Part shown: positions 19,645-28,985 of the stretch, piece after piece | How positions within the stretch are numbered: position 1 is the first letter of the stretch | Layout: each line of letters starts with the position of its first letter | Source: an uncultured Gammaproteobacteria bacterium | GTDB taxonomy: Bacteria; Patescibacteriota; Microgenomatia; UBA10105; UBA927 | Assembly: GCA_964609895.1 (NCBI GenBank) | Contig: CAZSTG010000002.1 | Location: 3,362-67,361, forward strand | Direction: 5' to 3' | DNA: 64,000 bases | Notes under the pieces: model-generated | Told to the model about the DNA's origin: nothing | The model's database searches: none | What the model saw: only the letters and a program-made list of their open reading frames with translations | Made by a program: the position numbers and the translations under genes

Positions 19645-20820
19645 ATGATACGTTTAGGTATTATTAATTCCAACTATGTCACGATAAGCAAAGGGACAAA
19701 AAAGGGCACTGAAATCTTCAGTTATATTCTCATTCGGAATCTTGCGCGCCAAGCCAAACGATACAATCTGCATATGACCGCATTTGCATCGGGCGATTCC
19801 GTGCTTCCGGTGAAGCTGTTGAGCGTCAATTACCAGTCTTCTTTAAAAGACCATGATATCGGAGAGCGGCATCATAAGACGTATGAACTTGCACTTCTTT
19901 CCAAGGCATTTAACATGCAGGAGGAGTTCGATTTATATCATGTCAATATCGGCAATGGAGATTCTGTTCTTCCCTTTGCCCCATTTGTGAAAAAACCCAT
20001 TCTAGTGACCATGCATGGAAGTTTTCTTGAGGAGAATTACAACAAAAAATATTTGTCATTGTTTAATAATCTGTCGAATGTGTATTTTGTGTCTCTTTCT
20101 TCGGCGCAGCGTCTGCCACTTCCGCATTTGAACTATATTACTACGATTCCGCACGGGATAGACATAAAACGGAATTGGAAATTTGATCCAGCCGGTGGAA
20201 AACACATGATATGGGCGGGGCGTGCCATAAAAGAAAAGGGCATCAATGAGCTGCCCATTATCGCCAAAAAAGTCCGGAAAACCATAGAAGCGTATCCCAT
20301 GGTGAAACAGGATTCGCCGAAATGGATCCAGGAGCTGGTTGAACGTCGTCGTCGGCCGATTGCCTTTTTTAACGTGAATGAGCCGGTCAACCGTCATGAT
20401 CTTGGGGCAAAATATCAGAAAAGCAAAATGTTGCTTTTTCCGATTCAGTGGGAAGAACCGTTCGGTTATGTTGTAATAGAAGCCCTTGCAAGCGGCACGC
20501 CGGTTATTGCATACGCACGGGGGTCGGTGCCTGAAATTATTGAAGATGGGGTGACAGGATTCATCATTAATCCGACACCTTCCGAAAAGAAAGGCGATTT
20601 TCTTATCAAAAAGACCGGCATTGACGGATTTTCGGAGGCCATTGAACGGATTTATGCGATGCCAGATGGAGAATACCGGCGTATGCGCAGAGCATGCCGG
20701 CAAAAAGCGGAAACCTGTTTTGCCGTGCAGACCATGATCAAACGCTATATAGAAACATACAAAAATGTGCTTCTTGACTGGAAAAAGAAGCAAGTGGCAT
20801 TTCGGAGGAAAGTACGGTAG
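19645..20820 (+). CDS. Glycosyltransferase family 4
   Basis: GR..KEKG and WEEPFGYVVIEALASGTPVIA motifs. Confidence 0.9.
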   Translation: MIRLGIINSNYVTISKGTKKGTEIFSYILIRNLARQAKRYNLHMTAFASGDSVLPVKLLSVNYQSSLKDHDIGERHHKTYELALLSKAFNMQEEFDLYHVNIGNGDSVLPFAPFVKKPILVTMHGSFLEENYNKKYLSLFNNLSNVYFVSLSSAQRLPLPHLNYITTIPHGIDIKRNWKFDPAGGKHMIWAGRAIKEKGINELPIIAKKVRKTIEAYPMVKQDSPKWIQELVERRRRPIAFFNVNEPVNRHDLGAKYQKSKMLLFPIQWEEPFGYVVIEALASGTPVIAYARGSVPEIIEDGVTGFIINPTPSEKKGDFLIKKTGIDGFSEAIERIYAMPDGEYRRMRRACRQKAETCFAVQTMIKRYIETYKNVLLDWKKKQVAFRRKVR

Positions 20821-20829
20821 AATACCATC

Positions 20830-21174
20830 ATGGCGAATACACCTTTTCATGAACATAAATTGTGGCAGGATGCGTATGTTGGTTTGATGGACGTCCATGA
20901 AGCATTTGATAGCCAAAAAGACGGCGACAATGAAGAAATCGCCGAACAAGTGTTGGATAGCGCAACTGATGTCACAGCAAAGATTGCCGATGGGTTGTCA
21001 CGTCTTGATAGACGGTTTGGACGACAAATTTTGATGGATACCATTGGACTCATTGCTGTGGTGAGAACACATCTTGCTGTTGCATGGGGCAGAGGGTTGG
21101 TCGATGATGAGTTGTTCCGTGCACTGGATGGGAAATACGACACCTTAGGCGTCGCACTTCAGAACCTCCGGTAA
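20830..21174 (+). CDS. Four-helix bundle protein (23S rRNA IVS-protein-like)
   Basis: F...LWQ.A ... Q...SA..V.AKIADG pattern. Confidence 0.65.
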   Translation: MANTPFHEHKLWQDAYVGLMDVHEAFDSQKDGDNEEIAEQVLDSATDVTAKIADGLSRLDRRFGRQILMDTIGLIAVVRTHLAVAWGRGLVDDELFRALDGKYDTLGVALQNLR

Positions 21175-21180
21175 CCATCT

Positions 21181-21234
21181 GGAGAGGGTCTGACCCTCTC
21201 TTTTTTGAAGCTACGCGAGGGTCTGACCCTCTCC
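21181..21234. repeat. REP doublet
   Basis: Same palindrome pair and spacer as 9220. Confidence 0.9.
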
Positions 21235-21274
21235 GGCATTTGCTTCCTACCTTTATTGTTTTTATACTAGGTGT

Positions 21275-21721
21275 ATGACCGTCTTTCTTGGTGCAGATCA
21301 TAAGGGGTTTCAGTTAAAAGAAGTATTGAAACCGTATGTGACTTCTTTGGGATACACCGTCGTTGACTGTGGTAATGCCGTATTCGATCCTCACGATGAC
21401 TATCCGGATTTTGCATTTGCTGTTGCCAAGGAGGTCATGAAGCTTCCTGAATCGCTTGGTATTGTTATATGTGGGTCTGGCGCTGGTGTATCCATTGCTG
21501 TTAATAAAATTGATGGCATCAGAGCAACACTTGCAGTGACGCCTGAACAAGTGCATGATGCTAAAAGTGATGATGATGTGAATGTGATTGCACTTGCAAG
21601 TGATTATCTTGATGAGGAGCAGGCAAAAGCAATTGTTTCCATGTTTTTGAAAACTCCATTTGATCCGCAGGAACGGTTTGTTCGTCGGATTAATAAAATT
21701 ATCGCGAAAGAACAGGAATAA
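21275..21721 (+). CDS. rpiB: Ribose-5-phosphate isomerase B
   Basis: GADHKG, DDYPD and ICGSGAG..IAVNK motifs. Confidence 0.93.
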   Translation: MTVFLGADHKGFQLKEVLKPYVTSLGYTVVDCGNAVFDPHDDYPDFAFAVAKEVMKLPESLGIVICGSGAGVSIAVNKIDGIRATLAVTPEQVHDAKSDDDVNVIALASDYLDEEQAKAIVSMFLKTPFDPQERFVRRINKIIAKEQE

Positions 21722-22099
21722 TTATGTGCGTGCGGGGAGTGCATCAATAATCTTCGCAAGCCCTGCAAAACCTGTCGGACTTGCATCAATAAAAATAGGT
21801 GCTTTTTTTGGAAATTCGTTGATGGAAAATCCAACAACTGGCACGTCAGGCTGTTTTTCTTGCGCTAAATTGGCTAACTCAATGCCTTCTGATCCGTCTT
21901 TGATCCATGGACTGATGTTTGCATCGATGATGAGCGCATCAACATCTTCTGGTAAATGATTAATCAATTGTTTACCTTCTTCCATGGTTTCCACCACGTG
22001 CGCAACTCTATGTCCGCCTTTCGTTAAATGGTGGCGCATTAGGTCGATATTTGTTTGGTCGTCTTCAATGATAGCGATAGTAGCGCGTTCAGGACACAT
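21722..22099 (-). CDS. Stand-alone response-regulator receiver domain
   Basis: IAIIEDD, LIIDANI (phospho-Asp) and PVVGFS. Confidence 0.7.
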   Translation of the reverse strand: MCPERATIAIIEDDQTNIDLMRHHLTKGGHRVAHVVETMEEGKQLINHLPEDVDALIIDANISPWIKDGSEGIELANLAQEKQPDVPVVGFSINEFPKKAPIFIDASPTGFAGLAKIIDALPART

Positions 22100-22205
22100 A
22101 GATGTTTTTATATTTTTCTATCCTACCTGAATACCCATTCACTTGTATAGAGAGCATTTTTTCTTCTTGCATGTTTTGCGGCAATCCTGAATACTTATAA
22201 GTGTT

Positions 22206-22856
22206 ATGGAAATCATTGCAGGAATTCTGGAAACGGATGTTAAAGAGCTTGAGCGGAAAGCGACACTTGCCGTCGCGCACGTGGACGCATTACAGATAGA
22301 TATCGGAGACAACACAATTTTTCCCTGCAAGACGGTGCATGACATCGCCTTGCTTGCTCCTGCGGTCGAACGCCTTGTCAAGGCGGGAACGAAAATGGAA
22401 GCACATCTCATGGTCGCCAAGCCGGATGAATATCTGGCGGCGCTTGCGGAGGCGGGTTTTACCCGTGTGGTTGCCCACGTTGAATGTCACGATCCGCGCG
22501 AGTTTTTGGCGGAAGCGCGGACACATGAGTTCGAAGTGGGGCTCGCGATCGATGTGGATACGGAATTTGAGGCACTCGAACCATTTCTTGAGGAGGTTGA
22601 TTTCGTATTGGTGATGACCGTCGAGGCGGGGGCGAGCGGGAATATGTTTGAAGAAGCAGCAGTTGAAAAGATTAAGACAATTCACCGCAACTTGCCTGAT
22701 GTGCCTATCGAGGTAGATGGCGGAATGACGCCGGATACAGTAAAAATGGTGACGGAAGCTGGTGCGACTCGGATTGTGTCAACAAGCTATCTTTTTAAAA
22801 ATGAACAGGATATTGCTTCGGCCGTCGATGCGCTAAAATCCGCGCAACAGGGATGA
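22206..22856 (+). CDS. rpe: Ribulose-phosphate 3-epimerase
   Basis: EAHLMV, LVMTVEAG and IEVDGG motifs. Confidence 0.92.
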   Translation: MEIIAGILETDVKELERKATLAVAHVDALQIDIGDNTIFPCKTVHDIALLAPAVERLVKAGTKMEAHLMVAKPDEYLAALAEAGFTRVVAHVECHDPREFLAEARTHEFEVGLAIDVDTEFEALEPFLEEVDFVLVMTVEAGASGNMFEEAAVEKIKTIHRNLPDVPIEVDGGMTPDTVKMVTEAGATRIVSTSYLFKNEQDIASAVDALKSAQQG

Positions 22857-22882
22857 AGAGGTAGTGTATACTGATACTACAT

Positions 22883-24808
22883 ATGCTGCTTCCTGCCATT
22901 AAAAAACTTTCCAATCGGTTGCGTTTTGATGTTCTCTCGATGACGACTACCGCGGGTAGCGGTCATCCGACTTCATCACTTTCCGCTGTTGAGCTGATGG
23001 CGATGCTGTATTTCAAGTATTTGAGGCTTGATACAGATAATCCGAAAAACCTTTCCAATGACCGTGTTATTTTTTCAAAAGGCCACGCATCGCCGCTTCT
23101 GTATGCACTCTTTCATGTTGCGGGAATTATTTCGGACAAAGAACTTGGCGACTATCGTCAGTTTGGAAGTGTACTAGAAGGACATCCAACGCCACGATTT
23201 CCATTTGCAGATATCGCAACGGGCTCTTTGGGTCAGGGACTTGCGATAGGACTGGGCGAAGCGCTTGCAGGAGCACCGCGCGTGTTTGTGTTGTTAGGTG
23301 ACGGGGAACTGTCAGAAGGCGCCATTTGGGAAGCAGTGATGGCTGCGGGATATCATAAAACACAGAACCTCATTGCACTTGCTGATATTAATGCACTCGA
23401 ACAATCAGGTGGTACGATGGACGCATGGGATACGGAAGCGTATCGCAAACGATTTGAAGCATTTGGATGGGCAGCAATTGTGGTTGATGGCCATGATCTA
23501 AAAATGCTTGATACAGCGTACCAAAAGGCAATTGATTATCGTGGTGGACCAACTATTATTCTTGCCAAAACAAACAAAGGACACGGCATATCGTTTTTAC
23601 AAAATAAACATGGGTGGCATGGGAAAGTGCTTTCCAAGGAACTGCTTGTGAAAGCGCTTGCAGAACTGGGTGATGTCGACACATCATTTGAAGGGATTAT
23701 CAAAAAACCTGAGAGCACCAAAGAACACGCGATGACAAGACGCGATGATGCATTTGTACGGAAGAACACAGTATATGAAAAACCGACAACAACGCGTGAG
23801 GGGTTTGGAAAAGCGCTCGTGCGACTTGGTACGCGGGACACCCACATGATGGTGTTGGATGGAGATTTGGAGAAGTCTACGTACACACAGTTGTTTCATG
23901 AAGCATTTCCGAAACAGTTTTTCGAGTGTCATATTGCAGAACAACTTATGGTTGGTATTGCTGCAGGTATGGCTATTTGTGGGAAGTATCCTGTCATTTC
24001 TTCCTATGGGAGTTTTCTCACACGTGCCTTTGATCAACTCAGAATGGCAGCACTCTCTGGCATGTCCCTGATGGTCAATGGATCGCATGGAGGCGTGTCC
24101 GTTGGTCCAGATGGCGCGTCACAAATGGGACTTGAGGATATTGCGTTGTTTCGAACACTGCCAAACTCTATCGTTTTAAGTCCTGCAGATGCGGTATCAG
24201 CCGAAAAACTGACCGAATGTATTTATGGGTATGACGGCATTGCCTATATCAGAACAACCCGTCCGAATCTGCCGATACTATATGACGGGAAAACGGAATT
24301 TGCAATCGGCGGCAGTCACGTGTTTACAGAAACAAACATGCACCGTGCTGGAAATAAAACTGGCAGTTCCACCAAGCCCGTCACTTCGCTTCCCACAAAA
24401 TCAAAGCTTAGCTTTGAAAAGATTGTGACGATTATCGCAACGGGTGTGACCGTACATGAAGCACTGAAAGCACAAAAAGAATTAGAAGCCAGCGGCACGC
24501 CAACACGCGTCATTGATTGTTATAGCATCAAACCGATTGATGCGCAAGCAATTCGAAATGCGGCGGCTGTATCCAAACAACTGATTATTGTGGAGGATCA
24601 TTATCCTGAAGGCGGGTTAGGCGAGGCAGTATTTACCGCACTTTCAGGCACAAATTCGGAGAGGGTCAGACCCTCGCAGGGTCAGACCCTCCAGATGAAT
24701 AGTACGCATTTAGCCGTGTATAAACAGCCGATGTCGGGAACTGCGGAAGAACTGCTCCGATATGAAGAGATTGATGCAACGGCAATAATTAGGAATGCGA
24801 TAGTATAA
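22883..24808 (+). CDS. tkt: Transketolase
   Basis: SGHPTS, SKGHA, TGSLGQG, GDGELSEG (TPP motif), IAEQ and DGASQ. Confidence 0.95.
   Translation: MLLPAIKKLSNRLRFDVLSMTTTAGSGHPTSSLSAVELMAMLYFKYLRLDTDNPKNLSNDRVIFSKGHASPLLYALFHVAGIISDKELGDYRQFGSVLEGHPTPRFPFADIATGSLGQGLAIGLGEALAGAPRVFVLLGDGELSEGAIWEAVMAAGYHKTQNLIALADINALEQSGGTMDAWDTEAYRKRFEAFGWAAIVVDGHDLKMLDTAYQKAIDYRGGPTIILAKTNKGHGISFLQNKHGWHGKVLSKELLVKALAELGDVDTSFEGIIKKPESTKEHAMTRRDDAFVRKNTVYEKPTTTREGFGKALVRLGTRDTHMMVLDGDLEKSTYTQLFHEAFPKQFFECHIAEQLMVGIAAGMAICGKYPVISSYGSFLTRAFDQLRMAALSGMSLMVNGSHGGVSVGPDGASQMGLEDIALFRTLPNSIVLSPADAVSAEKLTECIYGYDGIAYIRTTRPNLPILYDGKTEFAIGGSHVFTETNMHRAGNKTGSSTKPVTSLPTKSKLSFEKIVTIIATGVTVHEALKAQKELEASGTPTRVIDCYSIKPIDAQAIRNAAAVSKQLIIVEDHYPEGGLGEAVFTALSGTNSERVRPSQGQTLQMNSTHLAVYKQPMSGTAEELLRYEEIDATAIIRNAIV
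24658..24692. repeat. Compact REP doublet inside the transketolase CDS
   Basis: GGAGAGGGTCAGACCCTCGCAGGGTCAGACCCTCC, translated as ERVRPSQGQTLQ. Confidence 0.88.
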
Positions 24809-24819
24809 TAGGGGTGCGT

Positions 24820-25152
24820 ATGGGAAAATCAGAAAAGCCTTTTCCAGTTGCGCCTTCGCCGCTTCAAACGCCTGAACAACTGACTCCATTTAAGGAAATT
24901 ATGCGGTATCTCGGTCAATATGGGACAGATATTACTGAGTCCCTTCATGGAGGTATAAAGATAACAGAACACACGCCCGAAGGGGATATTACGAGTATCG
25001 TCGGCGAGGTGGATGATGATCTTCCGGAAAAACTGCCAGAAGAAATTCTTTTCAGTTCATTGTCCGAAGGTGCACAAAAACTTTATTTCCGGCTTGAAAA
25101 AGAGGGAAAGGTGCCAAAATTGCGATCACACGAAGCTTCAGAAGGTATATAA
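24820..25152 (+). CDS. Hypothetical protein
   Basis: TATAAT just upstream; fills the gap between tkt and coaD. Confidence 0.55.
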   Translation: MGKSEKPFPVAPSPLQTPEQLTPFKEIMRYLGQYGTDITESLHGGIKITEHTPEGDITSIVGEVDDDLPEKLPEEILFSSLSEGAQKLYFRLEKEGKVPKLRSHEASEGI

Positions 25153-25161
25153 TGAACGCTT

Positions 25162-26172
25162 ATGTATACCCACGCTGTGTGTGGCGGAACATTTGATCAT
25201 TTCCATAGCGGACATGCCGCTCTGCTTACTCGTGCGTTTCATCTTGCCGGTCGCGTCACTATCGGCATTACCACAGACATCTATGTTCGGCAAAATAAAT
25301 ATGATGAAGAGCGTATGTCTGGTGTTGCCTGTCCATCCTGTTCATCACCTCCTATACAGTCATTTGCCAAGCGGAAACAACAGATAACAGTATGGTTGCG
25401 TGATCGGGGATTATCTGATCGTGCAACTCTTGTCCCGATTGACGACGTGTACGGTCCGACCATTCAAAAAAAAGCCGGTGCGCAGTCCATGGATGTTATT
25501 ATCGTATCTTCTGATACCCACGCCGGTGCATGTAGTATTAATGAAAAACGGAAACAACTCGGGCTTCCTGTTTTAGCTCTTCAGATTATTCCTATGGTGC
25601 CGGCGCAGGATACCAGACCGATATCAGCAACCCGTATCCGAAAACACGAAATTGATACGGAGGGGAGGTTAGTGCTGCCTGACAGCATGCGAAGTGAACT
25701 CGCTGTTCCGTTTGGAGCGGTAGTGAGGGATGCAGATGTGCGATCCGTAATCAAGAAAGATCGTGATGCACTGGTTATTGCCGTCGGAGATAAAACAACG
25801 AAACGACTGGTGCAACACGGCCTTGTGCCGTCGCTTGCCATTATTGACATGCAGGTGGAACGCCAGCCGTATATGTGGGAAAAAGCATTGTGGGACATGT
25901 TGCCGGCGTCAAAAAAAGAGTTTGTCAGCGGTCCAGGGTATATTGGCACATCTGTTGTTGCTGCGCTTGCGGCTTGGTCAACAAATCCCGAGCCAACCTT
26001 GTTTGTGATTGAAGGGGAAGAGGATTTACTGGTATTGCCTGTTATTGCACAAGCGCCGCACAACGCGGTTGTGTATTATGGACAACCTGGGGTTGGTATG
26101 GTGCGGGTTGTGGTGACGAACGAGAAAAAAAAGATGGTAAGAGCGATTCTTACTCGTTTTTTGATTCCGTAA
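25162..26172 (+). CDS. Archaeal-type phosphopantetheine adenylyltransferase fused to DUF359 GTP-dependent dephospho-CoA kinase
   Basis: GGTFDHFHSGH, D.YGP and ISATRIR, then VGD.TT, GEEDLLVLP and YGQPG.G. Confidence 0.85.
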   Translation: MYTHAVCGGTFDHFHSGHAALLTRAFHLAGRVTIGITTDIYVRQNKYDEERMSGVACPSCSSPPIQSFAKRKQQITVWLRDRGLSDRATLVPIDDVYGPTIQKKAGAQSMDVIIVSSDTHAGACSINEKRKQLGLPVLALQIIPMVPAQDTRPISATRIRKHEIDTEGRLVLPDSMRSELAVPFGAVVRDADVRSVIKKDRDALVIAVGDKTTKRLVQHGLVPSLAIIDMQVERQPYMWEKALWDMLPASKKEFVSGPGYIGTSVVAALAAWSTNPEPTLFVIEGEEDLLVLPVIAQAPHNAVVYYGQPGVGMVRVVVTNEKKKMVRAILTRFLIP

Positions 26173-26188
26173 TATGCTTCTCAGTTTT

Positions 26189-26482
26189 TTAATTTAAAGG
26201 GGAGTCTATCGCTTTCAGGCAAACTTGGCTTTCCACACAATACACATTGTCCGTGTTTTTTACAGGTATTTTTTCACCGACAATAACAGAGGTGTTTGGC
26301 AATAAAGGGACTTCTTCGAGTGGTGTATCATTTTTTGTTCGTACATAGGCTATGTGCGTTTCCTCTTCCCAATGAATTGTTAACGGTGAGTTTGCATTTG
26401 GTTTACTTGTACAACTCCGAGTGAGTGTTTCTATAAGATCGGATCCGTTTGGATTTGGACGCCTTATTTCAAGAGGTGACAT
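26189..26482 (-). CDS. Orphan hypothetical protein
   Basis: TATACT box shortly upstream of ATG 26482. Confidence 0.45.
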   Translation of the reverse strand: MSPLEIRRPNPNGSDLIETLTRSCTSKPNANSPLTIHWEEETHIAYVRTKNDTPLEEVPLLPNTSVIVGEKIPVKNTDNVYCVESQVCLKAIDSPLN

Positions 26483-26562
26483 GGATGTAAGTATAGCGAC
26501 ATGTGGATTTTTTGCAATTTTTTGTCTTGACACTCGTTGTCTAATACGTGACACTTAGATAT

Positions 26563-27414
26563 ATGGCAATGTATGTTCCTGATTGTAAAACCCAAAGGTG
26601 GGTCATTATTTCTCCTGCAAGAAGCGATCGTCCGACGGTGGCGCAAAAACCCGACGTATATCATGTTTGCCCGTTTTGTGCGGGTAATGAACAAGACACG
26701 CCACCGGAGGTGTACCGGTTGGGGATAGGAGCACCGGACACTGCAGGATGGGAAGTGCGGGTCGTGCCAAACAAATACACCATCACTGATATTCATGAAG
26801 TGATCATTCATTCTCCTAGCTGTACGGATGATGTGGATACATTGCCGGTTGAGCAGGTACGGAAAATATTTTTTGTCTACAGAGACAGATATCGTGCACA
26901 TGAGACGGACGGGCAGGTGCTGATTTTCTGCAATCACGGGGCAACTGCGGGAGCAAGTCTCAAACATCCGCATAGCCAACTCGTGGTTATCCCGAATCAG
27001 ATTAATCTGGATTCGTTGACCATTGAACCGTTCAAAAATATTGTCGAAGAATCTGCACATTATGTTACCTATTGTCCAGATTTTTCTCAGTGGCCGTTTG
27101 AAACGTGGATTGCGCCGAAAACTGCAGGAAAAAAATTCAGTGAAGTGACCGACAGTGAACTTCCGGAGCTTGCATCTTGTGTAAGCAGGGCGCTGCGGAA
27201 GATAAGCAGTGCATTAAAAGGCCATGAACTGCGGTTTAAACAGGCAAATGAGCCTTTTGTATTCAATTACTATATCTATCATGGAAAAGATTGGTTTATC
27301 CGTATTATTCCGCGTTCCATTCATAGAGCGGGCTTTGAACTCGGAACAGGTTTGAATGTCAACGTTATCGATCCTGTGGATGCTGCAAAGGTGTTGCAAA
27401 AAGTGGCGGTTTGA
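26563..27414 (+). CDS. galT: Galactose-1-phosphate uridylyltransferase (HIT-like)
   Basis: CPFCAGNE, RVVPNKY, GASLKHPHSQ and AGFELGTG motifs. Confidence 0.88.
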   Translation: MAMYVPDCKTQRWVIISPARSDRPTVAQKPDVYHVCPFCAGNEQDTPPEVYRLGIGAPDTAGWEVRVVPNKYTITDIHEVIIHSPSCTDDVDTLPVEQVRKIFFVYRDRYRAHETDGQVLIFCNHGATAGASLKHPHSQLVVIPNQINLDSLTIEPFKNIVEESAHYVTYCPDFSQWPFETWIAPKTAGKKFSEVTDSELPELASCVSRALRKISSALKGHELRFKQANEPFVFNYYIYHGKDWFIRIIPRSIHRAGFELGTGLNVNVIDPVDAAKVLQKVAV

Positions 27415-27691
27415 CCCCTGAATGGTCAACGATGAGCGTTTCGTGGTTTTTCCATGGAAACATTTTCATTTCCCCCTGTAGTACACGTCCTACGATGTCA
27501 TTGTGAATCGTGCCTGACGTTGTGTCATAGAGCGTGACACATCCTATTGGTGTTGCACCATGAATTGCCAGAATGTTGTTTTCCGGTGATTGCAGCGATG
27601 TGTGGTTTTCAGTATCAGACACTGTACCAACTGGAAAACCTAATCGTTCCGGATGATCCGTTGGTTTGATGTAAATATATGCTTCCGTCAT
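27365..27691 (-). CDS. Orphan hypothetical protein
   Basis: ORF in tandem with 27712; overlaps the galT 3' end by 50 nt. Confidence 0.45.
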   Translation of the reverse strand: MTEAYIYIKPTDHPERLGFPVGTVSDTENHTSLQSPENNILAIHGATPIGCVTLYDTTSGTIHNDIVGRVLQGEMKMFPWKNHETLIVDHSGVKPPLFATPLQHPQDR

Positions 27692-27711
27692 GGGAGTGCG
27701 CTCTGTTTTTG

Positions 27712-28026
27712 TTATGATCCTTTGATGAAAATGCCAGGAATATTTGTATATTGATCATGCGCATCAAGTTGGGCATGATGGGCGCCTTGGTAATCATAGA
27801 TAGTGCCACCTTGTCCAGATTTTTGGGCATCAATTTGGAGATTATATGATTGTCCATTTCCGTGTTCTAAGACAAGGGTTGCGAGTTCGTTAGCGAATGT
27901 AATGTTTTGATTAATTCGTTCATCATCAGAAAACGGAAGTGGCGTGTGGTTTAGTTTTGTGCAACGACGTGATGCATCCCAATTAAGACGAAATACGTTG
28001 GGATTTATTTCAACATTTATTGTCAT
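27712..28026 (-). CDS. Orphan hypothetical protein
   Basis: GGGG before ATG 28026; downstream of the HTH gene. Confidence 0.5.
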   Translation of the reverse strand: MTINVEINPNVFRLNWDASRRCTKLNHTPLPFSDDERINQNITFANELATLVLEHGNGQSYNLQIDAQKSGQGGTIYDYQGAHHAQLDAHDQYTNIPGIFIKGS

Positions 28027-28043
28027 AGCACCCCAAATACGGA

Positions 28044-28244
28044 TTACACCTGTCCTTTTTGTTGGAGTCCCAATAGCCACATGACCGCTTCTTTTTTGTA
28101 GCGTCTGTCACCTCTGGAATTGATGCGAATTGCAGGTAGCTTGCCCCGTTTACCCCAACGTTTGATTGTAAGAGGGGAAACACGCAAAATTTTTGCGACT
28201 TCCTTTACAGTTAATAAATCTGGCCATTCATCACCCATTGCCAT
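28044..28244 (-). CDS. Excisionase/BldC-like helix-turn-helix DNA-binding protein
   Basis: LLTVKEVAKILRVSPLTIKRW..G.LPAIR...GDRRY; AAGGAG SD. Confidence 0.85.
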   Translation of the reverse strand: MAMGDEWPDLLTVKEVAKILRVSPLTIKRWGKRGKLPAIRINSRGDRRYKKEAVMWLLGLQQKGQV

Positions 28245-28409
28245 AGGATCTCCTTTTTTTCCGGGCAAGGAAACGTATATATGTATCGTTTGCAGTCAAA
28301 CAATATCATGTGATGTCGGACATTGTCAATGGATGAAAATGTTTTGTGGATAAGTTGTGTGGTAAAAAATATTTTGCGACGTGAAAAAAGAATTTTTCTT
28401 TTTTGCAAC

Positions 28410-28437
28410 AAAAAATCCCCCAAAGGGGGACTTTTTG
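28410..28437 (-). terminator. Terminator after rplL
   Basis: TCCCCC/GGGGGA stem flanked by A and T runs. Confidence 0.7.
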
Positions 28438-28513
28438 TATATACTCTTTACTTCTTTCGTGAAAAATTACTCGAGCATTTGTCCCGACTGAGTCGGGATC
28501 TCGAATATATTTT

Positions 28514-28897
28514 TTACTTGAGCTCGGCTTTTGCACCGGCAGCTTCAAGTTTTTTCTTTGCTTCTTCTGCTGTGCTCTTGTTGACACCTGTTAAGACTTC
28601 TTTCGGAGCAGACTCAACGAGTGTTTTTGCTTCTACAAGTCCAAGTGTTGGAACGAGTTCACGGACTGCTTTGATTGCACCAATTTTGTTGGCGCCTGCA
28701 TCTGTGATAACAACATCAAACACTGTTTGTTCTTCTTTTGCTTCACCTTCGGCTGCTGCTGCAGGTCCTGCTGCTACTGCGACAGGTGCTGCGGAAACGC
28801 CGAATTTTTCTTCAAGTGCTTTTACCAAATCGGAAAGTTCAAGAACGGTCATTTCTTCAACTGCCGACAAGATTTCGTCTTTTGTAAGTTTTGCCAT
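28514..28897 (-). CDS. rplL: 50S ribosomal protein L7/L12
   Basis: [20 protein letters not shown] and LGLVEAK motifs. Confidence 0.97.
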   Translation of the reverse strand: MAKLTKDEILSAVEEMTVLELSDLVKALEEKFGVSAAPVAVAAGPAAAAEGEAKEEQTVFDVVITDAGANKIGAIKAVRELVPTLGLVEAKTLVESAPKEVLTGVNKSTAEEAKKKLEAAGAKAELK

Positions 28898-28985
28898 AAT
28901 ATCTTGTCACCACCTTTCTTAGAAACACTTAATAAGTTTTTCGAATTTAGTGTTTCTTATCCGCCTTTGGCGGAAAAAGTTTTTT

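Noticed and set aside
20830-21174. Four-helix protein as a DGR Avd
   Set aside because: No reverse transcriptase or TR/VR pair was seen in the window.
28044-28244. Excisionase of a prophage
   Set aside because: No integrase, att repeat or phage genes; more likely a chromosomal BldC-like regulator.
28345-28353. DnaA box TGTGGATAA as oriC
   Set aside because: Only one box noticed, with no cluster and no dnaA nearby.
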